A DNA stretch of 57,662 nucleotides from a bacterium (GCA_029567095.1 JAKQLP010000140.1:1-57662); one strand, 5' to 3'; counted from the stretch's first letter, positions 16,702 to 25,995 are shown. Notes: generated from the letters alone by a model not told the origin. A program made the numbers and translations.

Positions 16702-17280
16702 ATGAGTAAAAACAAACAAGATAGTGAATTTCATAAAGACAAAGATAAGGAACACAATGTTGAAAATGAGGAGTGTTGTCATTGTGAATGTGAGTGTTGT
16801 GAAGATGGGGAATGTGAAGAGTGTGAGGACTGTAAAGAATGTCTAGATTGTAAGAAGTTGACTGAAGAATTGGAAAAGGAAAAACAATTAAAATTAATGG
16901 CTTTAGCAGATCTCATCAACTACAGAAAAAGAGTAGATAAAGAGCGAGAGGAAATGCATACTCAAGCTAATAGAAGAATCTTGCTACATATTATTGATGT
17001 AATTGATGATCTGTATAGAGCAATGGAAAATGAAAAGGAAAATAACGTGATGAGCATGCTGCTCAATAAATTGGGAACAATACTTAAAGATTATTCTTTA
17101 GAGGAGATCAAATGTGATAAAGGAGATGTATTCAATCCTGAAGTCATGGAGGCAATAACTGCAGTAAATGCCATAAAGGATGATGAGAAGAATAAAGTAG
17201 TGGATATTATCTCAAGAGGATATCGTAACAGTGTGAATGGACAGGTTTTTAAAAGCGTTAAAGTAATAATTGCTAGATAA
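16702..17280 (+). CDS. grpE: Nucleotide exchange factor GrpE with Cys/Glu-rich N-terminal insert
   Basis: LADLINYRKRVDKERE...IIDVIDDL...VFNPEVMEAI...SRGY...VFKSVKVIIA is GrpE. Residues 25-50 hold 11 Cys. Confidence 0.88.
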   Translation: MSKNKQDSEFHKDKDKEHNVENEECCHCECECCEDGECEECEDCKECLDCKKLTEELEKEKQLKLMALADLINYRKRVDKEREEMHTQANRRILLHIIDVIDDLYRAMENEKENNVMSMLLNKLGTILKDYSLEEIKCDKGDVFNPEVMEAITAVNAIKDDEKNKVVDIISRGYRNSVNGQVFKSVKVIIAR

Positions 17281-17312
17281 AAATTATTTAAATATTTATT
17301 AAAGTTTTCAAA

Positions 17313-19229
17313 ATGGGAAAAATCATAGGAATTGACCTGGGGACAACAAACTCCTGTGTTGCTTTTACAAGCGCAGGACAACCTGAGGTCATCTCTAACA
17401 AAGAGGGGTTTAGAACAACTCCATCAGTAATTGCAATTAATTTAGATAATGGAGAGGAAATAGTCGGGATCACTGCCAAAAATCAGATGGTAACAAATCC
17501 TGAACAGACCTTCTACTCCATTAAAAGACTTATTGGAAGACGCTGGGACGATGAAGAAGTTCAGCGAGATAAAAAATTATTGCCATTTGCAATTAGAAAG
17601 AGTGATAAGGGTGGTGTGGAAATTAAATTGGCAGATAAATGGGTTGCTCCAGAAGTGGTTTCAGCAAAGGTTTTAGCAAAATTAAAAGCAGATGCAGAGG
17701 CTTTCTTAGGTGAAACTGTCAAGGAAGCAGTAATAACAGTTCCTGCCTATTTTGATGATTCACAAAGGCAAGCCACCAAAAACGCCGGTAAGATAGCTGG
17801 CCTAGATGTGAAAAGGATCATTAATGAGCCAACAGCTGCTGCTTTAGCCTATGGTCTAGATAAAGAAGGAGAGAAAACAATTGCCGTATACGATTTAGGG
17901 GGAGGTACATTCGATATTTCCATATTGGAAATTGGAGAAGGTGTTTTCGAAGTTAAGGCAACTAATGGTGATACTCATCTAGGAGGAGATGATTTTGATC
18001 AAACCATAATTAATTGGCTTATGGATGAATTTAAAAAGGAAACAGGCATGGATCTAAGCGAAGATAAAGCAGCCATTCAAAGATTAAAGGAAGCTGCAGA
18101 AAAAGCTAAGATAACATTATCAAGTGCCGATTCAACAGAGATCAATCTACCCTATTTAACTGCTGACTCCAAAGGGCCTAAGCATTTGGTCAAGAAAATG
18201 ACCAGAGCAGATCTGGAAAAGTTAGTTAGTAAATTGGTTGATGCGACATTCGAACCAGTTAAGAAAGCTTTAAAAGATGCTAAGGTTGATATTAAAGAGC
18301 TGGATGATGTGGTGATGGTGGGTGGAATGACAAGAATGCCATTAGTAGTTAAGAAAGTTAAGGAGTTCTTTGGTAAAGATCCTCATCAGGGAGTGAACCC
18401 TGATGAAGTTGTAGCTGTTGGAGCTGCAATTCAAGGTTCTATTCTGCAGGGAGATAGCAATGTTAAAGACATTACCTTATTAGATGTTACTCCCCTGACA
18501 TTAGGTATTGAAACCTTGGGAGGGATAAGAACAGCTTTGATCGATCGCAACACAACGATTCCAACAGAAAAGACACAGGTATTTTCAACTGCTGCTGATA
18601 ATCAGCCTGCAGTAGAAGTACATATTCTGCAGGGTGAAAGAGAAATGGCTAAGGATAATAAGACACTGGGCAAATTCATTTTGGATGGTATTCCACCTGC
18701 ACCAAGAGGTATACCTCAAATTGAAGTAACTTACAAAATCGATGCTAATGGAATTTTGAATGTATCAGCTAAAGACAAAGCTACAGGTAAGGAGCAGTCA
18801 ATAACAATCACTGCTTCAACTCAATTAGATGAATCTGAAGTAGATGTTTTAGTTAAAGAGGCTGCTGCTCATGCTGCAGAGGATAAAAAGATCAAAGAAA
18901 GATCAGAGGCCAAGATCGAAGCAGAAAGCTTGAGTTTCCAAATAGAGAAATTCTTAGACGAAATGAAGGATAAGCTGGAGGAGAAAGATAAGGAGGATTT
19001 GAATAAGGCTGTTAAAGAGCTTAAAGAAATGGCTGCTAAGGATGATTTTGAGGTTGATAAGCTTAAAGAGCTTACTAAGGAAGTATCTAAGAAGCTGCAA
19101 GATGCAGGAGCTGCAATGTATAAAAAGGCGGCAGACGAAGTAGAGAAAGATAAAGCCTCAAGTAAGGAGGAAGAGAAAAAAGATGAGCCTGCAGAAGGTG
19201 AAGTAGTAGATAAAAAGGATAAGGAGTAA
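17313..19229 (+). CDS. dnaK: Molecular chaperone DnaK (Hsp70)
   Basis: [24 protein letters not shown] and [11 protein letters not shown] are Hsp70 signatures. Full length, 638 aa. Confidence 0.98.
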   Translation: MGKIIGIDLGTTNSCVAFTSAGQPEVISNKEGFRTTPSVIAINLDNGEEIVGITAKNQMVTNPEQTFYSIKRLIGRRWDDEEVQRDKKLLPFAIRKSDKGGVEIKLADKWVAPEVVSAKVLAKLKADAEAFLGETVKEAVITVPAYFDDSQRQATKNAGKIAGLDVKRIINEPTAAALAYGLDKEGEKTIAVYDLGGGTFDISILEIGEGVFEVKATNGDTHLGGDDFDQTIINWLMDEFKKETGMDLSEDKAAIQRLKEAAEKAKITLSSADSTEINLPYLTADSKGPKHLVKKMTRADLEKLVSKLVDATFEPVKKALKDAKVDIKELDDVVMVGGMTRMPLVVKKVKEFFGKDPHQGVNPDEVVAVGAAIQGSILQGDSNVKDITLLDVTPLTLGIETLGGIRTALIDRNTTIPTEKTQVFSTAADNQPAVEVHILQGEREMAKDNKTLGKFILDGIPPAPRGIPQIEVTYKIDANGILNVSAKDKATGKEQSITITASTQLDESEVDVLVKEAAAHAAEDKKIKERSEAKIEAESLSFQIEKFLDEMKDKLEEKDKEDLNKAVKELKEMAAKDDFEVDKLKELTKEVSKKLQDAGAAMYKKAADEVEKDKASSKEEEKKDEPAEGEVVDKKDKE

Positions 19230-19240
19230 GAATTGTAGAA

Positions 19241-19269
19241 AAAGCGCCCTTGTTTGAGGGCGCTTTTTT
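19241..19269. terminator. Bidirectional intrinsic terminator between dnaK and the convergent 111-aa gene
   Basis: AAAGCGCCCT-tgtttg-AGGGCGCTTT hairpin flanked by an A-run upstream and a T-run downstream. Confidence 0.75.
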
Positions 19270-19273
19270 ATAT

Positions 19274-19609
19274 TTAAATCTCCGACTTAAACCCCTTATA
19301 TCCACCTAAATCTTCAAGAGCATTAACTGCTCCGGATTTGCAGCCTTTACCTAAGAAAGGGCAATTCTCACAAGTCGCTATGGGATTAGAATGGATGAGC
19401 ACTGTTGCAGCCTGTTGTTCCAAAGCCATTTGCATATTTCTCGCAGTGTAAATATCTAATGTTTCACCAACTTTCATCTTACATTCAGGATGAACTTCAA
19501 CCTTATATCTACCGATAGCAAGTATTTTGGATCCGTCTTGTTCTTGGACAGCATCTACTGTATGTGTTTCATATCCATGTATGTATTTAATTTTCATGAT
19601 TGAATACAT
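19274..19609 (-). CDS. Hypothetical small Cys-containing protein (CxxCPF motif)
   Basis: 111 aa. LIHSNPIATCENCPFLGKGC resembles VIHPKE...LCQACPFIKLC of the 3130..3465 product. Confidence 0.5.
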   Translation of the reverse strand: MYSIMKIKYIHGYETHTVDAVQEQDGSKILAIGRYKVEVHPECKMKVGETLDIYTARNMQMALEQQAATVLIHSNPIATCENCPFLGKGCKSGAVNALEDLGGYKGFKSEI

Positions 19610-19674
19610 ATCAAATTATGCCTGCTATTATATCACAATTCTATATATTGCTGTATAATCTCCTTTATTAACAA

Positions 19675-20325
19675 GTGATCTATATGTCACCTGAATTAGT
19701 TCTGCCAGGCACAACAATTAATATTGCAGGAGTAGATACTCTTAAACGAGGGTTATTTTGTTCCATCTGGCCCAATTTAACCACTCCCCTCCCCTATAAA
19801 AAGAAACCTGTATTTGATCCGGCAATAGCTACTAATGGATCTCTGCAAAGTTTAAATCTACCCTTTGAGTTTGTTGATTTAGGGCGAGATCTTGATGCAG
19901 CAGTATTAAGACTGGGTTTATTAGACGCAGCAGATATTGTATTAAGAAGTGGTAGAGAGGTAGATTTAAACTCAAGAGTCAGAGAGGTAATGAGTCAAGG
20001 TGTAGTGCAATTAAGACCTGGACGATCAAGTTGGGTTATTAAGGCAAGCCCCTTCCCTTTTGCTGTGACAGAAAATGCCACACATTTGTTTGTTGAGCCA
20101 TCTGATCTACCCCCTAATGTTTGGTATGGAAAAAGAAAGGGAGATGTATTGCAACCAACGGATGATCAGCCTATCATGAAAGTCGCCTTAGCTAAGGACA
20201 AGCCTGGCAAGAGAAGTTATATGAAACTATCATCAAGAGAAGACGGTCATTTTCATTATGAATTCGAAATCGATCAAGAAAATGGCTTGAGATATGCCCT
20301 TTTAGGGCTTGTGCCTGTTTATTAA
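19675..20325 (+). CDS. Hypothetical protein, compositionally atypical
   Basis: 216 aa. It is the only long ORF on either strand here. GTG start in the track; first ATG at 19684. Pro/Arg/Gly/Ala-richer than its neighbours. No domain recognised. Confidence 0.5.
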   Translation: MIYMSPELVLPGTTINIAGVDTLKRGLFCSIWPNLTTPLPYKKKPVFDPAIATNGSLQSLNLPFEFVDLGRDLDAAVLRLGLLDAADIVLRSGREVDLNSRVREVMSQGVVQLRPGRSSWVIKASPFPFAVTENATHLFVEPSDLPPNVWYGKRKGDVLQPTDDQPIMKVALAKDKPGKRSYMKLSSREDGHFHYEFEIDQENGLRYALLGLVPVY

Positions 20326-20607
20326 ATTTGCCGATCTTAAAGGACATTTCCCAGCATCTCTAATATCACACTGTTCTACTAGACATTTACCACTCAGTCT
20401 GAGCAAATGGGTGTAATACAGGTTGTTCCAGGGTCTTAAAACTCGATGAGCCTCAATACTTAAAGCTTCTTCTCCTCGTTTCTCGCCTAGAGGGTGACAG
20501 CCTTTTGGTAAATGCTTATGAGTCAGCTCGAATAAAGGATCTGTTATGATCCTGGTAGCTTCTTCATACCAGTTCAATTTGCTTATTAAGGAAATAGTCT
20601 CAGGCAT
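20302..20607 (-). CDS. Hypothetical 4-Cys protein, translationally coupled to glyQS
   Basis: Its ATG at 20607..20605 overlaps the glyQS TGA (20602..20600) within ATGCCTGA. 101 aa. No domain recognised. Confidence 0.5.
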   Translation of the reverse strand: MPETISLISKLNWYEEATRIITDPLFELTHKHLPKGCHPLGEKRGEEALSIEAHRVLRPWNNLYYTHLLRLSGKCLVEQCDIRDAGKCPLRSANLINRHKP

Positions 20608-22012
20608 TGATCTTATTCCAGATATATTGTTTTAGATCACCAATTGCAATCCTTTCCTGCTTCATAGAGTCTCTATCCCTAACAGTAACCATATTGTCCT
20701 CCAGACTTTGATAGTCAAGTGTAACACAAGCTGGGGTACCGATTTCATCCTGCCTTCTATACATTTTCCCGATATTGCCGGAATCATCAAATTCACTTTG
20801 AAATTCACTGCGAAGATCCAGGTAAATTTCTCTGGCTTTCCCTTGCAACTTTTCATCCTTTTGCAGAGGGAATATTGCCACTTTAACTGGAGCAAGTGCA
20901 GGTTTGATCTTTAATACTACCCTAGTTTTTCCTTCTCCGAGATCTTCATTTGTATAGGCAGCATCAAGTACAGCAAAAACCATACGGTTCAAGCCCCCTG
21001 ATGTTTCCATGATATGAGGAATAAATCGTTTATTTTGTTTTTGATCGAAGTATTCTAAATTTTGTCCTGAATATTTTGCATGCTGAGACAAATCCCAATC
21101 ACCACGCTGATGAATACCTTCAATTTCTGCAAATTCTCCAAGAGATCTATAGTTAAATTGAACATCATATGCTTCTTTAGCATAATGAGCTAATTTATCA
21201 TGTTTTTTCCATCTCAGTTTCTCTTCAGGAAGTCCTAATACTTCTAAGTACCAATTCCATCTTGTTTGTTTCCATTCCTCATATTTTTCCTGCATCATTT
21301 CAGGTGCTAGGAAATATTGCATCTCCATTTGTTCAAATTCTCTGGTTCTAAAGATGAATTGTCTGGCTATGACCTCGTTTCTGAAAGCCTTTCCAATTTG
21401 AGCTATTCCAAAAGGTAATTTGACTCGCATTGTGTCAATTACGTTTTTGTAGTTTAGATAAATACCCTGACAGGTTTCTCCTCTGGCATAAACAATATCT
21501 TCCTCGCTCATTTCCTGGAGTTGTTTTGTAGGAACTCCAAGGTTAGTCCTTACCAATTGATTTATTTGTCTAGCCTCAGTCAATTCCTTATTACCACAAA
21601 ACTGGCATTTTAATTGATTTTGATCTCTCAATTTATTCAGTTCTGCATTTATTTGATCTAAGGGCATGAAGTCTGCATTAATACTATATTTCTCAAGCAA
21701 ATGATCTGCCCTCATTCTCTGTTTACAGGATTTGCAATCTATTAAAGCTTCATTGAAGCTGTCGACATGACCACTGGCCTTCCAAGTTAGAGGATGCATG
21801 AATATTGCCGAATCTAAGCCTACAACATCATCTCTATCTCTTACCATGCTTTTCCACCAAGCATTGGCAATATTATTCTTTAATAGAATGCCGTAATGTC
21901 CATAGTCATAAATACCTGCTAAACCTCCATAGATTTCTGATGAGGGATAGATAAAACCACGCCTTTTAGCAAAAGCGGTAATGGTATCGAGAGTTAGATC
22001 GTTTTGGGCCAT
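20600..22012 (-). CDS. glyQS: Glycine--tRNA ligase (class II, alpha2 type)
   Basis: RRGFIYPSSEIYGG, FRNEVIARQFIFRTREFEQMEMQYF (motif 2) and a C-terminal anticodon-binding domain. The track start 22051 lies inside the leader terminator; MAQNDLTL at 22012 is the real start. Confidence 0.95.
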   Translation of the reverse strand: MAQNDLTLDTITAFAKRRGFIYPSSEIYGGLAGIYDYGHYGILLKNNIANAWWKSMVRDRDDVVGLDSAIFMHPLTWKASGHVDSFNEALIDCKSCKQRMRADHLLEKYSINADFMPLDQINAELNKLRDQNQLKCQFCGNKELTEARQINQLVRTNLGVPTKQLQEMSEEDIVYARGETCQGIYLNYKNVIDTMRVKLPFGIAQIGKAFRNEVIARQFIFRTREFEQMEMQYFLAPEMMQEKYEEWKQTRWNWYLEVLGLPEEKLRWKKHDKLAHYAKEAYDVQFNYRSLGEFAEIEGIHQRGDWDLSQHAKYSGQNLEYFDQKQNKRFIPHIMETSGGLNRMVFAVLDAAYTNEDLGEGKTRVVLKIKPALAPVKVAIFPLQKDEKLQGKAREIYLDLRSEFQSEFDDSGNIGKMYRRQDEIGTPACVTLDYQSLEDNMVTVRDRDSMKQERIAIGDLKQYIWNKINA

Positions 22013-22028
22013 GATGTGTAAAAATGGT

Positions 22029-22254
22029 AAAAAATAAAGGCCTCTGGTCAATATATATCATAAATAATATATACTAACCAGGGACCTTCATAATGCGGTG
22101 GTTCCACCCTGTTTCTTCAATAAATTGAAGCTCTTTTGATTATTATTCTTTTGTGGCCATTTGTTACCGGTTCTCACTGTTTCCGGTTCACTTAGAATTA
22201 TTATAGCATATTATTTTTCAAAAGATTGTTACCCTTTACCTGTTACAGCTTGTG
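22029..22254 (-). ncRNA. T-box riboswitch leader of glyQS (glyQS-type: Stem I, Stem III, antiterminator/terminator; no Stem II)
   Basis: On the minus strand: Stem I closed by CUUUUGA/UCAAAAG (22224..22218 with 22139..22133). Stem III is CUUCAA-UUUA-UUGAAG (22130..22115). The T-box sequence is CAGGG-UGGAACC-ACC...GGU-CCCUG. The terminator arms AAGGUCCCUGGUUAGUAUAUAU and AUAUAUAUUGACCAGAGGCCUU are followed by UAUUUUUU. Confidence 0.82.
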
Positions 22255-22324
22255 TCTACGATATATATCGGCTCCATACTATTTATCAATAAGGCCAGTT
22301 GGGATATAATGTTAAGGCAATTGA

Positions 22325-23398
22325 ATGATTATGGAAAAGTTAGCAAAAACCAAAACAATATATTTAGCCCTTTCAGGGGGTGTAGATAGTGCTGTAGCAG
22401 CTGTGCTATTACAAAAGCAGGGATATCAAGTTATTGGATGTTTTATGAAGAATTGGTCTGATGAATCAGGAGTTGGAGGGGATTGCCCTTGGGAGAGGGA
22501 TCAAAAAGATGCTCAAGCTGTTTGTGAGCATCTGGGTATAGAATTTAGATCGTACAATTTTGAAAAGCAATACCGAGCCAAAGTAATTTCATATTTCTTC
22601 ACTGAGATTAAAGCAGGAAGGACTCCTAATCCTGACGTGCTATGTAATAGTGAGATAAAGTTTGGGATATTTCTACAAAGAGCTCTTGAGGATGGAGCTG
22701 ATCTAATTGCCACCGGACATTATGCCAGAGTTAAGAAGGAAGATGGTGTATATAAATTACTAAAAGGTATTGATAGTAATAAAGATCAGAGCTATTTTCT
22801 ATGTGAACTAGATCAGGAGCAATTATCAAAAACACTATTTCCCATAGGTGAATTTACCAAACCTCAAATCAGACAAATTGCTTTAGATAATAAATTACCC
22901 GTAGCAGATAAAAAAGATTCTCAAGGCATTTGTTTTGTTGGGAAAATCAATGTGGGTAAATTTCTAAGGGATAATATCAAGGGGGAAATCGGGTTGATTA
23001 TGGATATGGATACAAAGGAAATTGTGGGTAAGCATGATGGTGTTGCTTTCTATACCATTGGCCAAAGGGAGGGGCTAAACATTGGAGGCTCTACTCTACC
23101 CTATTTTGTGTGTGGCAAAGACAAGATAAACAATATACTTTATGTTGCTAAAGGGAAGGATAATGCCAGATTGTTTAGTAGCGAGGTGGAGTTTGATAAG
23201 ATCCATTATGTAATACCTCAAAAATATTGGGATCCGGATAATCTCAGTGCCTCAATCCGTTATAGACAAAAAGCAGAGGTGGGTAAATTAATTGGTAATA
23301 AGTTTAGCTTTGCTAGTTTACAAAGAGCTATTGCTCAAGGACAAAAGATCGTTTTCTATAACGATGATGTCCTATTAGGTTCAGCTACGATCATATAA
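22325..23398 (+). CDS. mnmA: tRNA-specific 2-thiouridylase MnmA
   Basis: LALSGGVDSAVAA (PP-loop), NPDVLCN, ATGHYAR and KDQSYFL are MnmA signatures. Confidence 0.95.
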   Translation: MIMEKLAKTKTIYLALSGGVDSAVAAVLLQKQGYQVIGCFMKNWSDESGVGGDCPWERDQKDAQAVCEHLGIEFRSYNFEKQYRAKVISYFFTEIKAGRTPNPDVLCNSEIKFGIFLQRALEDGADLIATGHYARVKKEDGVYKLLKGIDSNKDQSYFLCELDQEQLSKTLFPIGEFTKPQIRQIALDNKLPVADKKDSQGICFVGKINVGKFLRDNIKGEIGLIMDMDTKEIVGKHDGVAFYTIGQREGLNIGGSTLPYFVCGKDKINNILYVAKGKDNARLFSSEVEFDKIHYVIPQKYWDPDNLSASIRYRQKAEVGKLIGNKFSFASLQRAIAQGQKIVFYNDDVLLGSATII

Positions 23399-23422
23399 AA
23401 AAGCCCGGTTGCCCGGGCTTTT
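23397..23422. terminator. Bidirectional intrinsic terminator between mnmA and ppa
   Basis: AAAAAGCCCGG-ttgc-CCGGGCTTTT hairpin between convergent genes. Confidence 0.75.
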
Positions 23423-23439
23423 ATCTCTTTACTAATTAT

Positions 23440-24039
23440 TTAATCAACTTTAAAAGTTTTCTTAAATAATTCACTAGACTCTTCGATTATCTTGTAAGCT
23501 TGCTCTACTCCACCCCAGCCTTCAACTACAACCTTCTTATCTGTTTGACCTTTGTATTTAAACTGCAGATCTTTGTATCTTTCAAAGAAGAAAGCAATCT
23601 CATCTTTCTGATGTGTAGATATATCCTCGATGGTTTTAATATGTTTGTATCTAATATCATCCACAGGCACAGCCAGGATCTTATCGTCTTTCTCTCCAGA
23701 GTCATTAAAAAGCATAACACCAATTGGTCTGACCGAGATTAAACAGCCTGGAAATGTTTTATAGGTAACTAGACACATTACGTCAAGTAAATCTTGATCT
23801 TCATCCCAAGTTTGGGGGATAGCTCCATATTCAATTGGGTAAGGAAGTTTTTCAAATAATACTCTATCTAGCTTGATAAGGCCGGTATTAGTATGGAATT
23901 CATATTTATTAATAGAACCCATAGGAGTCTCAACCAACATGTTGATTTCTCTGGGAGAATCATCACCAAGAGGTAGTCCAAACAAGGGATTCATCTTGTC
24001 AAAATATACTTTATCCTTTAGGTTTGCTATATCTGCCAT
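23440..24039 (-). CDS. ppa: Inorganic pyrophosphatase (family I)
   Basis: VETPMGSINKYEF, YPIEYGAIPQTW..DQDLLDV and DDKILAV are soluble PPase signatures. Confidence 0.93.
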   Translation of the reverse strand: MADIANLKDKVYFDKMNPLFGLPLGDDSPREINMLVETPMGSINKYEFHTNTGLIKLDRVLFEKLPYPIEYGAIPQTWDEDQDLLDVMCLVTYKTFPGCLISVRPIGVMLFNDSGEKDDKILAVPVDDIRYKHIKTIEDISTHQKDEIAFFFERYKDLQFKYKGQTDKKVVVEGWGGVEQAYKIIEESSELFKKTFKVD

Positions 24040-24069
24040 AATTGTAAAGAAATAAATTAAGATAAATAA

Positions 24070-25371
24070 TTAATCTTCTAAATTTTCATTCAGTAATATA
24101 TTTAAAGCGTCTGACAAGGGCATTATAGTCTGTTTTTTCTTTTTCATATCTTTAAGAGCCACGACCTTTAAAGAGATCTCATCCTCTCCAAGCACAATTA
24201 CATATGGTATGCCTTTTTTATCTGCATATTCAAATTGTTTTTTAAGAGGTCTGAACTGGGGATAAAGCAATGTGGGAATACCTCTATTACGTAAGTCTGC
24301 GGCCAGATCAAATGAGGCTTTAGCTAGATTTTCATTAAAAATGCTGACCATAACCGTGATATTAGTATCCTGCTGTTGTAGCATTTGTCTGTCCTCTAAC
24401 ACTTCCATAATCCTTTCTAAACCAAAAGAACCACCTGTTGCTGGTATATCCATGCCTGTAAAGCCACCCACTAGTTTATCGTAGCGTCCACATCCTCCAA
24501 CAGATCCGACCCTGCCTTCAATAATGCTCCATTCCCAAACAGGCCCTGTGTAATAACTAAGACCTCTGGCTATCGATAGATCAAAATCAAGCTTATCATT
24601 ATTTACTAGCGCAAAGATCTTTTTTAGTTCAGCGATCCCTTCTTGAGCTTCAGGAATTTCCTTCAATTTCTCTTGGAGTAAATCTAATCTGGTATTAGAA
24701 TCACCTGAAGTAAGTATTAGATCCACAATTCTTTCTACGTCAGCAATCGTAAACCCTCTTCTTAGTAATTCCGATTTATTCTGCTCCAAGTCTCTTTTCT
24801 CCCAATCATCAATAACATAGACCATATCATTGAACTTATCGGGCTTGCCTATAAAGGAAGCTATTCCATTTAATAATTTCCTGTTATTGATTCTTACCTT
24901 GAAATCTTTAAACCCTAATTTTGTAAGTATCTCTATACCCATAACTATAAACTCAGCATCAGCTACCATATCCTTAGCTCCAAATATATCAGCATCGCAT
25001 TGATAGAATTCCCTGAATCTCCCCTTTTGAGTATTATCGGCTCTCCAAACAGGTTGTATCTGATATCTTTTCCAGGGTAGGCTTAACTCAGACTGATACT
25101 GGGCCATTACCCTACTGGCTGGTACGGTCAGGTCATACTTTAAAGCTACTTTTCTGCCGCCAAAATCTTCAAAGTTATACACTAGCTTTTCCTGTTCCCC
25201 ATATTTCCCCATCAGAATATCAAAGTACTCCAAAGCTGGAGTCTCAAGTGGTTCATATCCATATTTTTCAAAGACCTCAATAAAAGTCTTTATTACTTTT
25301 CTTCTAAGCCATAACTGTTGTGGCAAAAAGTCTCTAAATCCTTTTAAGAGCCTAGGTTTGATTGTGCTCAT
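24070..25371 (-). CDS. hisS: Histidine--tRNA ligase
   Basis: GFRDFLP, RYQIQPVWRADNTQKGRFREFYQCDADIFG (motif 2), GGRYD and GGSFGLERI (motif 3). Confidence 0.95.
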   Translation of the reverse strand: MSTIKPRLLKGFRDFLPQQLWLRRKVIKTFIEVFEKYGYEPLETPALEYFDILMGKYGEQEKLVYNFEDFGGRKVALKYDLTVPASRVMAQYQSELSLPWKRYQIQPVWRADNTQKGRFREFYQCDADIFGAKDMVADAEFIVMGIEILTKLGFKDFKVRINNRKLLNGIASFIGKPDKFNDMVYVIDDWEKRDLEQNKSELLRRGFTIADVERIVDLILTSGDSNTRLDLLQEKLKEIPEAQEGIAELKKIFALVNNDKLDFDLSIARGLSYYTGPVWEWSIIEGRVGSVGGCGRYDKLVGGFTGMDIPATGGSFGLERIMEVLEDRQMLQQQDTNITVMVSIFNENLAKASFDLAADLRNRGIPTLLYPQFRPLKKQFEYADKKGIPYVIVLGEDEISLKVVALKDMKKKKQTIMPLSDALNILLNENLED

Positions 25372-25472
25372 ATTCTCTTGATCAATGAGAGTATTTTACC
25401 ATCTTTTAACAAACACTCCCAAATTGCTAATTCTTTTAGTTTTGGGGTAATATATATAAAGGATTAAAAGCT

Positions 25473-25679
25473 ATGGAAAAATATCAAAATCGAGGACAAG
25501 GGACATTAAATAGTATATTGATGCTTGTTTTATTATTCTTGATAGTGGATATCGTGATAGCAGCAATCATGTATTTTGATATTAAGCTGGATGCTATTAT
25601 ACCTGCAACTGACAATACTGCTCAGAACATTCAGGTAACTGTTATAACAGATAATTCCTCAAAGACGGATAATAATTAG
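25473..25679 (+). CDS. Hypothetical small membrane protein
   Basis: 68 aa with one TM helix (ILMLVLLFLIVDIVIAAIMYF). It sits in an otherwise empty gap. Confidence 0.4.
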   Translation: MEKYQNRGQGTLNSILMLVLLFLIVDIVIAAIMYFDIKLDAIIPATDNTAQNIQVTVITDNSSKTDNN

Positions 25680-25683
25680 AAGT

Positions 25684-25974
25684 TTATTTTCTTTTCAATC
25701 TTTCCAATATCAGCTTATATCCATCATTGCCATATTTGAGATTCTCACTCACCTTAGCAATTGTTGCCGAAGAAGCTCCGGTTTCTCTTTCTATCTGTGT
25801 ATAGGGTAAACCCTGCTCAAGCATTTGAGCGATCACAACCCTACTGGCAATACTTTCCTGTTCACTATTACTTAATAAATCTTTTAAGAAAATCTTTATC
25901 TCATCAATATTCCTTAATTTTAAAAAAGCCTGAGCTAGTAAGGCAAGATCGTCGTTTTGCATATACTTTATCAA
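25684..25974 (-). CDS. TrpR-like YerC/YecD family DNA-binding protein
   Basis: LLSNSEQESIASRVVIAQMLEQGLPYTQIERETGASSATIAKVSENLKYGNDGY matches the YerC/YecD pattern. Confidence 0.8.
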   Translation of the reverse strand: MIKYMQNDDLALLAQAFLKLRNIDEIKIFLKDLLSNSEQESIASRVVIAQMLEQGLPYTQIERETGASSATIAKVSENLKYGNDGYKLILERLKRK

Positions 25975-25995
25975 ATTAAATCAAATTAGCGGATA

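Noticed and set aside
22013-22051. N-terminal extension of the glyQS ORF (MTRGLYFLPFLHI...)
   Set aside because: The extra 13 codons lie inside the T-box terminator hairpin and U-tract. Canonical GlyRS N-termini align with MAQNDLTL at 22012.
22200-22208. TGCTATAAT, an extended -10-like sequence, as the glyQS promoter
   Set aside because: Starting transcription there would remove the 5' half of Stem I (CUUUUGA at 22224..22218). TTGATA-N17-ATATAT at 22289..22261 is more compatible with a T-box leader of about 225 nt. Neither can be proven from sequence, so no promoter is annotated.
25372-25472. Possible T-box or other leader upstream of hisS
   Set aside because: The spacer is only about 100 nt. 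It has no GGGUGG-type T-box sequence and no terminator/antiterminator alternative.
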